Below are positions 28,611 to 47,460 of a stretch of DNA of 64,000 nucleotides, one piece after another; positions within the stretch are counted from its first letter, which is position 1; every line of letters begins with the position of its first letter. Location of the stretch: the NCBI RefSeq assembly GCF_009914755.1, contig NC_060927.1. One strand, given 5' to 3'. The stretch is from the human T2T-CHM13v2.0 reference genome, Homo sapiens. The notes below the pieces were generated by a model. The model was not told where the DNA came from, made no database searches, and saw nothing but the letters and a program-made list of their open reading frames with translations. The position numbers were made by a program, and so were the translations under genes.

Positions 28611-29061
28611 TTGTACCCCACATGTACCCCAGAACTTAAAAGTATAAAAAAAAAATAAAAAATAAAAAATAAAAAAAATAATGAAAAAACTTAAAAAAGA
28701 AGAAACGAAAACAAAAAGAAAAGGAATGGTGAGAGGAGATAACTTTGCTTTGTACACAGTCTTAGTGGGAAAGTTTCTAGTTCCTCACCTTTAAGTATTA
28801 CGTTAGCTACTTTTTCATAGATGTTCTTCATCAAGTTGAGGAAGTTCTCCTCTATTTCCAGCTTGCTGGGAGTTTTTATCATTAATGAGTGTTGAATTTT
28901 GTCAAATACTTTTTCTATATCTAGTGATATAATCCTGTGATTTTTCCTCTATACCCTGTTGGTGTGATGGATTACATTACTCAATTTTCAAATGTTGCAC
29001 CAGACTTTGATACCTGAAATAAATACTATTTGGTCATGGTGTTAAAAAAAAAAAAAAAAAA
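28611..29061 (+). mobile_element. Minimal L1PA 3' tip with a 3'-transduced segment and second poly(A)
   Basis: CACATGTACCCCAGAACTTAAAAGTATA, then an A-tract, ~320 bp of antisense old-L1 ORF2, AATAAA (29018-29023) and A18 (29044-29061). Confidence 0.75.
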
Positions 29062-29802
29062 GAAACCCAAAGACAGGAAGCCTTCAGTAAAGATTATGAT
29101 ACGATTGTTTAAGACTGGGGGAAACAGCAAGGCAGGACTTTGAGTTGGTGGTTCAAAGGCTCTTGAGATATAAACTGTTGATGTTTTCTATTGAGGAGAT
29201 GGTGGATCTTTCAGAGATCCCAATAATAAATAATAAAGTTATTTGCTTAGGAAAGAGTCTCCTGGAATAGTAAAACTGTGCTCAAGAAGAGTATGGAATA
29301 ATAAAATCATGAGAATGTTAACAGTAAGCTGTGGAGCAGTTTATGGTTTTGATTCTCCTTGCCCAAGTTATGTGAGTCTTGGTGGAGGAGGGAGTAGATG
29401 GTTTGGGTTCTTAATATTTGTGGGATTCTTTCATGTATTGAATATATGACAGTTTATTATATGGATATCATCTATCATCTGAGACAGTAGTGGCCATTTC
29501 AATTGGCCCTTAGTCTTGCACACGAATCAAGGATATCTGTACACATGTAACAAAGAGGGGTGTGGTGAGGATTAGTAGCTAGTGTAATGCTTGACACAGA
29601 GCTTTCTAGTTGCAGGCTGCAATGACTGATCACAGGTACTTGAAATGGCACCTCTTGGGAAACTATTATTGCTCCTATACGAAAATCTGTGTGTGAAATG
29701 TTCATAAGAGATCTACTGTCTCTGTCTCAAGGAGTTAGCTACATTAGCTGAGATTACATCCAGAATTGGGGGGCAGGGAGGGAGGAGAGATTGTTTTAAT
29801 TC

Positions 29803-30101
29803 TATTTATTTATTTATTTAAGACAGATTCTCGCTCTGTTACCCAGGCTGGACTGCAGTGGTGCCATCTTGGCTCACTATAACCTCGACCTCCTGGGTAC
29901 AAGCGATTCTCCTGTTTCAGCCTTCCCAGTAGCTGAGATTATAGACATGCACCACCATGCCCAGCTAATTTTTGTATTTTTAGTTGAGATAGGGTTTCGC
30001 TATGTTGGCCAGGCTTGTCTTGAACTCCTGACTTCAGGTGATCCGCCTGTCTTGGCCTCCCGAAGTGCTGGGATTACAGGCCTGAGCCACAGCGCCTGGC
30101 C
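29803..30101 (-). mobile_element. Alu (S-type, diverged)
   Basis: Full antisense dimer with a (TTTA)n tail. Confidence 0.92.
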
Positions 30102-30185
30102 TTGATTCTCATTATTTACAAGATTCATCCACGTTGTCTCATGCAGCAGTAGTTTGTTCTTTTTAATTGCTGTATATTAGGAAAG

Positions 30186-30187
30186 TG

Positions 30188-30222
<35 letters not shown>

Positions 30223-30229
30223 GTGAGAA

Positions 30230-30260
<31 letters not shown>

Positions 30261-30268
30261 GAGAGAAA
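30186..30268. repeat. (TG)n-(GA)n compound microsatellite
   Basis: Directly visible. Confidence 0.9.
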
Positions 30269-30413
30269 TGAGAGCAAATAATTGATTCTAGGAAGTAACA
30301 TGAAATCTAGCTCCAGAAAAACCTAGTAGACTTATTTAACTACAATAATTAAAATATGTGTCTAAATTTGCCAGGACTTGCATACACAAACTATTTAATG
30401 TTAAGAGAAGGAG

Positions 30414-30646
30414 GGCCAGGTAGGGTGGCTCACACCTGTAATCCCAGCACGTTGGGAGGCTGAGGTGGGAGGATCACGACGTCAGGAGTTCGAAACCAGC
30501 CTGGCCAACATGGTGAAACCCTGTCTCTACTAAAAATACAAAAATTAGCCAGGCATGGTGGCATAAGCCTGTAATCCCAGCCACTTGGGAGGCTGAGACA
30601 GGAGACTCGCTTGAACTCAGGAGGCAGAGGTTGCAGTGAGCAGAGA
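30414..30646 (+). mobile_element. AluS, 3'-truncated
   Basis: Left arm, and right arm up to GTTGCAGTGAGC. Confidence 0.88.
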
Positions 30647-32522
30647 AAATTAAAATAAGGAAAATCCAAGCTGTAGTACACAAAGCCCTGATAAAAAGCC
30701 AATGTTCAAAGTAAAGGTATGCCATTTCGTTTTAAAATACAGAAAACAGATACATGGTTGATATTTGTAAAAATCTTACTTGGTGGCTTGTCTAAGAAGA
30801 AACTGTGCACTTAACATTTCCCAAACATGCAATTGAAATTATAGGCTCCCCATTATATTTTTAGCCTATGGTTACTGCCAGCCTCACCTGGCCCATCCCT
30901 TCACCTAATTGCAGGCATAATTATTCCCCTGTATTTACTGTAGGATGACTCCTCTGTCCAAGCACAAGAACAATGGTTTTCTTACATACCTGGGGAGTTT
31001 CCCTTAAAGACTGCGGGCTCCTCCCTGAATTATTTTAGGACTGAATCTTTCTTCTCATCTCATTTTTGTTTTATTTCTAAAAGTAATATGTGCTTATGGT
31101 AGAAATTTCAGAAAGTATAGATAAGCGAAATGAATCAAGACAAAAATCACATTGAATCTGATTGAAATTCCTTTTCAGTAATATATTTAAAGGGTATTTA
31201 TAATATACATATACCTAGTAGAGAAAGACATAGAACCCTTCTTTTCTATATTTTCGAAACTTTCTCTTTCATGTAATGTTGTGCGGTTCATACATTTACC
31301 CTGATTTAACAGCCACTGACTACATTTATCAAACCAATTCCTTGTTATCAGAGATTTAGGCTCTTGCCATTTTTCCTGGTGTTACAAACAATACTCCCAT
31401 AATTATTACTGGAAACTGAACTATTGTGAACATCCTTGATGATTTTCTTAAAATAAATTTCTACAAGTAAAAATACTTGGCTAAAGGATGTGTAGGCTTT
31501 ATATATTGTAGACACAGATCACCAAATGGCTTTTCTGAAAAGTTGCATCAAATCCCATACCTGTTCTCACCATGGGTAAGCGTCAGAGAAAACAATGAAA
31601 AAGATCTCACACACATACAAGAAACTCATACTGTGGTAAAGGTAGCATTCTATCAATTGTCTGAGATTTCAGTGCATGAGATTTCCTTTATGTAGGAATG
31701 TATTTGTAAATTTGGTCACTATGGTAAATTGACACTCAGAGGCCACGTGTACTATTCAAGTGATTCAGATTCTACAGTAATTTTTATTGTTTTAATGTTG
31801 TCAGGTAAGAATGAGCTGTTTTAGTACAACCCCTGAGGGAGTTTCCAGCCAAATTGAAAGGCCTAGAATATTACAAACCAGGAGCGTAGGCTATAAACAG
31901 AACTTAAGGAGGGTGTAAGGTAATTTGTGTAAGCTATTTCCTTCAGGTGATGACAATGTCTACTATTAAAAGATTCACAAACAAGGGGAAATGTTGAGTC
32001 ACTCAAACTTAGGCTCTAGGATAGGGATGACTAAGGCTCTCAGGGGCCTGTCAAAGTCCCCATTAGGTGGGTGGAGTATCTGAGTGCCAGTGTAGGATAG
32101 GAGGAAGACTCTAGCCCCTGGGCCCTGGTGGCAGAGCAGGTAGATGAGGCAGAGGAGAGGAGCAGGGAAAACACCGTGTTCATGTTACACCAACTTGGAG
32201 TTAAATCAGTGTTGTTTTTTTTTTTGCTACAGTGTTTTTCATTTGCTAAAGATGTGGCCTTGGACAGATTACTTAACCTCACTGAGCTTTGAGTCTATAA
32301 AATAGAGAGAAGTAATACCTTCTAGGGCTGCTGAGAGATTTCAGTGGAATAGTATGTGTAAAACTAATTACAATAAGTGACATACTGAAGGGACTCAAGA
32401 AATTGTTGCTGTTATTATGATAATGGTTGATAATTATTATTGCTATGTCCTTTGAGGATAGATTTAGGAAAAAATGATGCTTATGACTGATTATTATGCC
32501 TTTTATCTTGGATCCTGTATTG

Positions 32523-33300
32523 CAGGGGTTTTTAATCTGGTGTCCAAGAATTCCCAAAAGACCCCATGGATAAATAACTGGGGGAGTGGGGTGTTAAACT
32601 TAGATGGGAAAAAAGTGTCATTTTTTACTAACTTATAACAAAAATTTAATATTTCCTTTAATTATGACTATGCAACAAACCAAAGTAGCATCAGTAATAC
32701 TGATCATACTTTGATCTACAATAAAAATTTGCATATGTTTTCATATCACATTAAATTTGCTGCAGGTATCTCGAAATATCATTTTAATTGAAATTGTATT
32801 TCAAAAGTATGACAGTTAGGGGGCTGGGGGGCAAGGGGAGGGAGGGCAAATACCTAATGCATGTGGTTGATGATGGGTTGATGGGTGCAGCAAACCTCCA
32901 TGGCACGTGTATACCTATGTAACAAACCTGCACGTTCCGTCCCAGAACTTAAAGAAAATAAAAAATAATAAAAATAAAAATAAATAAATAATAAATGTGC
33001 TTAGCATATTGGCTAACTCTGCTCAGTGAAAAAAAAAAAAGTAGGATAGTTCTTAGACCGACTCCTTAGAAGGCTGTTAGGACACACGTTATTGCTATCC
33101 ACAGGTGTTGACGTGACAGAGCTGGCTGTCAAGACAACTACACTATATGTTTAAAAAAACATTTTCATAAAATATTCTAGTGTATTGGTTTTCTTCATAA
33201 TTCTATGCATTTTATGAATTTATGAACATTATTCTTCGAAGGTGTCTGTAGGTTTCACCAGCCTGCCAGAGGGACTATGGTACAGAATAGGCTGAAACCT
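32523..33300. mobile_element. MER113-like hAT element interrupted by an L1PA 3' end
   Basis: CAGGGGTTTTTAATCTGG...ATTTCCTTTAATTATG...GGTTTCACCAGCCTGCCAGAGGG; a related copy lies at 59097-59500. Confidence 0.65.
32818..33040 (+). mobile_element. L1PA (about PA7) 3' end with a short 3' extension and TSD
   Basis: GATGGGTTGATGGGTGCAGCAAACC...GTAACAAACCTGCACGTT; TSD AAAAGTATGACAGTT (32803-32817) / AAAAGTAGGATAGTT (33037-33051). Confidence 0.88.
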
Positions 33301-33774
33301 TCAGTCAGGAGCCGCCCACTGCAGGGCAGCTTGCCCATAGGAGGAGCTCTGCTGTCTAATAGCTGGTTATGCTTCTTTATAAATTTGCTTATCTGTTGTC
33401 CAGACCAATGAACACCAAAAACGGAACATTTCTATAGAAAATTCCCAATAAGTCCAGGAATCCTGTCACTTGAAAGAGCCTAACCCTGTACAGTAAGGAG
33501 AAAAATGCCTGTTACCCTTCCAGGGAGGCTGATACTTGCAGCACCTGGTAGAAAGGACCAGTGCCTAACTGGGGTGATGATCCCACAGGTACAGCAATGG
33601 CAATTTACAGACAGCAGAGAAAGAAGAGGAGAAAGAGGATGAGAGAGTAGGATAAAGAAACAAAAAGACAGGAAGCCGTTAGCAATAGGGGCCACATAAC
33701 TTGCAAACTGGAAAAAAAAAGGGGGGGGGGAGAAAAAAGAGAACTTTTAAGGATAATGAAACTAAACAACAACA

Positions 33775-34621
33775 ACATGGTAGTGAATACTTTATTTTGT
33801 TGTAAACAAGTTAGTTTTGAGGGTATTTCCTCGTGGTCCTCCTGCCGTCACTCGTCCCCATGTTCCAATGATGCTGATCAACTGCTTTATTCAGTTTCCC
33901 ATCTTTCTTCTTGCCCAGTCATCGTAGCCTTTCTTTTTTTAAACACATGATCCCTAGTACTCATCTTTGGAGGACAAAAGGCTTTCCATATGTTAGAAAA
34001 ATTTGAATCTCATAGTACTCACAACAATGAGCAGCATTGTAAGTTGTGATGCATTCATTTGGATTGGAACATTCTCAATCAGTCCTTCCACTCTAAGTAA
34101 ATATTTGTTTCTCACAGAACACAAGGCAGTTCAAAGGGCCTCTTGTTAGAGATTTATAGGTGTATGAATGGGAAACATCATACAAGCAGTGAAAACAAAA
34201 ATCTTTCCAGGTTGTCGGATTTTCTCCTTCTTGGTCTTATAAAAAGCAACTAGACATCTTTAATTTAAAAAATACATGCACATATATACAATAGTGATTG
34301 GAATGTTATTTTTATCCAAAACATTATAGAGTTTATCTCAGATATACTGAGTACTGTCACTCAGTCTGTAAACTACCCCCAGAGGGTGGTTTGTTTCCTC
34401 ATTCCTTAAAAAAAAACAAAAACAAATAAACAAACAAAAAAGAAGTTTACTAAATTTAAACACTGACATCCTGTGAAGATGCCAGTCTTTACAGGCGTTT
34501 GTAAAAGTAGACTGTGGGGAGTATGTTACACTAATACAAAGTTTTACAAATGAATACAAGTGAAATATATAAATTACAATGAAATAGAGGAAGATTGTGG
34601 CTCTGTCCTGGGTTGGTTCTT
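33775..34621 (-). other. TM4SF1: TM4SF1 3' UTR
   Basis: AU-rich unique sequence from the stop codon to AATAAA at 33796-33791, followed by GU/U-rich downstream sequence. The cleavage position is estimated. Confidence 0.8.
33791..33796 (-). terminator. TM4SF1: Polyadenylation signal AATAAA (distal); a second AATAAA lies at 33891-33886
   Basis: TTTATT on the + strand, followed on the - strand by TGTTGTTGTTGTTT and a pyrimidine tract. Confidence 0.8.
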
Positions 34622-42303
<7,682 letters not shown>

Positions 42304-42399
42304 GGTGGTCTGCTAGGTTTTCTCCCCCTTCTCTTTGTCTTCAGCTCAGTGATACCCCAAATTAGATGAAAGTGTGCCCTTCTGGTGGAGAAAGCAAAC

Positions 42400-42540
42400 A
42401 CCACTCTCAGCCCATTCCTGCTACCTCTTAAATACTGCGATTCTTAGTCACTGAGGGGATGAGGTACTTTGCTTTCATTGGTCCTAATGGCAGGCTCTGG
42501 CTGTGGTGCGAAGAGGCAGGGGGAATGTCCCGCCCTTCAG
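42400..42540 (-). promoter_or_regulatory. TM4SF1: TM4SF1 proximal promoter
   Basis: On the - strand: GC box GGGCGGG (42535-42529), kB-like GGGACATTCC containing TEAD CATTCC (42531-42522), CCAAT (42481-42477), AP-1-like TGACTAA (42450-42444), TATA-like TATTTAA (42434-42428). A second CATTCC is on + at 42413-42418. Confidence 0.75.
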
Positions 42541-43151
42541 ACGAAATCCTTGGGACAGGCAAAACCAGGGGCAGGATGTGAGAAACAGCCTCAGTCATAG
42601 GCAACAGGGAAAATGATTAATCTTGAACAAGGCATTGACTGTGCAACTCCTCCACAAGATAAAGAATCAACAGGAAAGCCTAACATGACTTTCCAGTAAC
42701 TGCCAAGTGTCCGAGATGCAACAGCCCTGGTTGAGGCTTTGAAAGACAGTGAGCTGTGCCCCTGCTCCATGCAGCTGTCTGGACAGCTTCCAATCTGAGA
42801 GCTCTGTGTTCATTTCTACCTTTGTGCTGATTTAATTTACAACCTGGGGCAAATCTCCTGAGCTCATTTCCTTGTCTATTAAATACAAGGTGTCTGAGAC
42901 GTCTCCCATGGATTTGAGAAGGCTGTTGGGAAAACTACAGAGCAAACTTCTTTACTCTGCCTACAGCAAGCTCTGCAGGATGGATTTCAGTGTTCAGCGT
43001 CCCTGGACATCTGCCTCTAAAACAAATCTGCACCACAACAGAGGTGGCATCAGTCAACACAAAGGGCTCAGGTGCTTTTTAAAAATTATTGAGTGTTGCT
43101 GTCAGGAAAAGCAATGCCAGGAAGGGCCAAGGAAGGCCTAAAGCATGGGAC

Positions 43152-43381
43152 AAAAATAAAAAGAGGAAGAAGAGAGGGGGAGGAAGAGAATGGGAGAGAA
43201 GGAAAGAGGAAAGGAGGAAGGAAGAGAGGAAGGAAAGAAGAGAAGGAGGGAGAGAAGGAGAGAAGGAGGGAGAGAAGGAGAGAGGGAAAAAGGGAGGAAG
43301 GGAGGGAGGGAGGAAGGAAGGAAGGAAAAAAGGAAGGAAGGATGGGGGGAGGGAAGGAAGGAGGGAGAGGGAGAAAAAAAT
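43152..43381. repeat. GA-rich polypurine low-complexity tract
   Basis: About 230 nt almost entirely A/G (GGAA, GGGA, GAGA units). Confidence 0.92.
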
Positions 43382-44215
43382 AAGACAAAGGGACTTGGCA
43401 AGCAGAGTGGAGAAACAAGGTTCAGAGAAACAGAACTGGCTAGGAGTGTCAGAACCCACACAGAGGTAAACAGATGGTTTACCCAGCCAGATCCTGAGAC
43501 CAGCTTCCACAGGCTCCCCACACAGGGCAGAGAAAGGGTGTTAGACTAACTTTCTAGGTGGTTACCTTGCAGAAGGAGGGGCTGGGCACTGAATAAATTT
43601 ATGCCTTGAACAGCAGATTGCACCAGCCAGTGGATGGTGGTGGGAGGTGGACAGGGTGGCCGGGTGGGGCCAGGCCTGGAGGGCCTTGTCACCAGGACAA
43701 GATAGAGAGTACAGAAAATAGAAAAGGACCAAGGTAGGGAGGCATTAGCTTAGAAGAAGAAGGTGAATGAGGTTCACGAATCTAGAGTCTGAAGGATTTG
43801 GCCCGGAACTAGAGGGCGGGACACATACCAAATTTGAGGAGACCAGCTGTGGTTAGTGATGTGGCATGGGACCGGAGGAGGGCCCAAGAAGTGTGGCCTC
43901 AGCACACTAACAGGGGTGAAGCCAGAATCCAGGATGGCCTGAGGAAATAAATCAGTGGAGTTGGGAAGCGTGGAACCACCCACCTGCTCAGGCGGAGGCA
44001 GGCAAATCCTCATAAGAGTGTCATTGGGTCACCACTATGTGTCCAACAACAGGGAACGTGTGTTTGGCCCGACGGCTTAGAGACAGGATTCCACTGGTGA
44101 CAGAGCCTATGGGTGAATGACGGCATCCTTTGTTGAAGCATAATCATTGCAACCCTCCTGTCTGCTGATCTATCCCACCTGGGGCCAAAATGGGGGAAAG
44201 TGATGCTTAAACTAC

Positions 44216-44855
<640 letters not shown>

Positions 44856-46567
44856 CTGGGAAGTGAGGAGCCCCTCTGCCCGGCCAGCCACCCCGTCCAG
44901 GAGGGAGGTGGGGGGTCAGCCCCCCGCCCGGCCAGCCGCCCAGTCTCGGAGGGAGGTGGGGGGTCAGCCCCCCGCCCGGCCAGCCGCCCCGTCCGGGAGG
45001 GAGGTGGGGGGTCAGCCCCCCGCCCGGCCAGCCGCCCCGTCTGGGAGGGAGGTGGGGGGATCAGCCCCCTGCCCGACCAGCCGCCCCGTCCGGGAGGGAG
45101 GTGGGGGAGTCAGCCCCCCGCCCGGCCAGCCGCCCTGTCCGGGAGGTGAGGGGCGCCTCTGCCCGGCCGCCCCTACTGGGAAGTGAGGGGCCCCTCTGCC
45201 CCGCCAGCCACCCCGTCCGGGAGGGAGGTGTGGGGGTCAGCCCCCCGCCCGGCCAGCCACCCCGTCCGGGAGGGAGGCGGGGAGGTCAGCCCCCCGCCCG
45301 GCCAGCCGCCCCGTCCGGGAGGTGAGGGGCGCCTCTGCCCGGCCGCCCCTACTGGCAAGTGAGGAGCCCCTCTGCCCGGCCAGCCGCCCCGTCCGGGAGG
45401 GAGGTGGGGGGGGTCACCTCCCCGCCCGGCCAGCCGCCCCGTCCGGGAGGGAGGTGGGGGGGGTCAGCCCCCTGCCCGGCCAGCCGCCCCATCCGGGAGG
45501 TGAGGGGCGCCTCTGCCCAGCCGCCCCTACTGGGAAGTGAGGAGCCCCTCTGCCCGGCCAGCAGCCCCGTCCGGGAGGGAGGTGGGGGGTCAGCCCCCCG
45601 CCCGGCCAGCCGCCCCGTCCGGGAGGTGAGGGGCGCCTCTGCCCGGCCGCCCCTACTGGGAAGTGAGGAGCCCCTCTGCCCGGCCAGCAGCCCCGTCCGG
45701 GAGGGAGGTGGGGGGTCAGCCCCCCACCCGGCCAGCCGCCCCGTCTGGGAGGGAGGTTTGGGGGTCAGCCCCCCGCCCGACCAGCCGCCCCGTCCGGGAG
45801 GGAGGTGGGGGAGTCAGCCCCCCGCCCGGCCAGCCGCCTTGTCCGGGAGGTGAGGGGCGCCTCTGCCCGGCCGCCCCTACTGGGAAGTGAGGAGCCCCTC
45901 TGCCCGGCCAGCCACCCTGTCCGGGAGGGAGGTGGGGGGGTCAGCCCCCCGCCCGGCCAGCCGCCCCGTCCGGGAGGTGAGGGGCGTCTCTGCCCGGCCG
46001 CCCTTACTGGGAAGTGAGGAGCCCCTCTGCCCGGCCACCACCCCGTCTGGGAGGTGTGCCCAACAGCTCATTGAGAACGGGCCAGGATGACAATCGCGGC
46101 TTTGTGGAATAGAAAGGGGGGAAAGGTGGGGAAAAGATTGAGAAATCGGATGGTTGCCGTGTCTGTGTAGAAAGAAGTAGACATGGGAGACTTTTCATTT
46201 TGTTCTGTACTAAGAAAAATTCTTCTGCCTTGGGATCCTGTTGATCTGTGACCTTACCCCCAACCCTGTGCTCTCTGAAACATGTGCTGTGTCCACTCAG
46301 GGTTAAATGGATTAAGGGCGGTGCAAGATGTGCTTTGTTAAACAGATGCTTGAAGGCAGCATGCTGGTTAAGAGTCGTCACCACTCCCTAATCTCAAGTA
46401 CCCAGGGACACAAACACTACGGAAGGGCAGGGTCCTCTGCCTAGGAAAACCAGAGACCTTTGTTCACTTGTTTATCTGCTGACCTTCCCTCCACTATTGT
46501 CCTATGACCCTGCCAAATCCCCCTCTGTGAGAAACACCCAAGAATGATCAATAAAAAAAAAAAAAAA
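44856..46567 (+). mobile_element. SVA retrotransposon, 5'-truncated (VNTR + SINE-R + poly(A)), D/F-like
   Basis: GC-rich VNTR units (CCCGGCCAGCCGCCCCGTCCGGGAGG) to ~46055; SINE-R CCCAACAGCTCATTGAGAACGGGCC...GAAACACCCAAGAATGATCAATAAA; A-tail to 46567. No hexamer repeat or Alu-like domain. Confidence 0.97.
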
Positions 46568-46606
46568 CCCTCTCCCCAGAAAAAAGAAACATACATGCTG
46601 CAGGAT

Positions 46607-46912
46607 GCTGCTCATACATAATTTTGTCAAAGAAGTCCTTTCTGAAGACCTATTTAGTGAAGATATTCCCCCTATCTCTAGTTATGCTCCATCACATTAC
46701 TCTGCTGTATTATCATCACAGAATTTATCAGCCTCTGAAGTTATTCTGTGTATTTGCTTGTTTCCTTTTCTGTTGTCATCTTCCCTCCCCTCCCCACTGA
46801 GCGCAGACACCTTCTGCCTTGTCCACCATTGTTTCCCCAGTACCTGGAGCATGTCTGGTGCATAATAGGTGCTCAGTAAATAGTATTGAATAGTTGGATG
46901 ACTAAAATAAGT
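46607..46912 (+). mobile_element. L2 3' end
   Basis: CCCCAGTACCTGGAGCATGTCTGGTGCATAATAGGTGCTCAGTAAATAGTATTGAAT. Confidence 0.75.
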
Positions 46913-47109
46913 GAATCTATGAGTTTTTAAGCCTCTTTTTAACCCAGCTGATGCTCCAGTCTCCCCACCCTCAATTTCATTATGCCTCTCTGTGAGCCCA
47001 AGATCTACCAGCCACCCACACCATTGCTCCCAGGGCCTACCACTGCCTGGTTGTTCGATTTGGGGCAAGCTACTAACCATTGTGTACCGTGTACCTCTAT
47101 TTCTATAAT

Positions 47110-47460
47110 TCATTCATTCACCAACATCTATTGATTCCTACTATGTGTTATAAGTGCTGAGGATATAGCAGTAAGCAAAGCAAACAACAAAATTCCTGCC
47201 TTTAAGGAGTATCCACTCTATCAAAAAGAGAGAGGCAAATAAAAAATAGTAAGTAAAACACAGAGGGTATTAGATGGTGATAAGAGCAGAAAAGGGGAAT
47301 AGGTGGGAGAAGGAGAAGGCCTTACTGAGAGGACCTCTCTGAGACAAATAATAGAATCTGCCTCATAGGGTTGTGGTATGCAGAAATGAGTCAATGTGCG
47401 TAAAGCTTGAAGCATCTGGCATTTAGCAGTCACTCAAAAAAAGTTACTTATGATTATTTA
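47110..47460. mobile_element. L2 (antisense) and MIR fragments
   Basis: TTCATTCATTCACCAACATCTATTGA; CTGCCTCATAGGGTTGTGG. Confidence 0.6.

Noticed and set aside
43079-43549. ORFs of 96-143 aa on both strands
   Set aside because: Artefacts of the GA-rich low-complexity tract.
44856-46055. Repeat array that superficially resembles a CRISPR array
   Set aside because: No unique spacers and no cas genes; it is the SVA VNTR in primate DNA.
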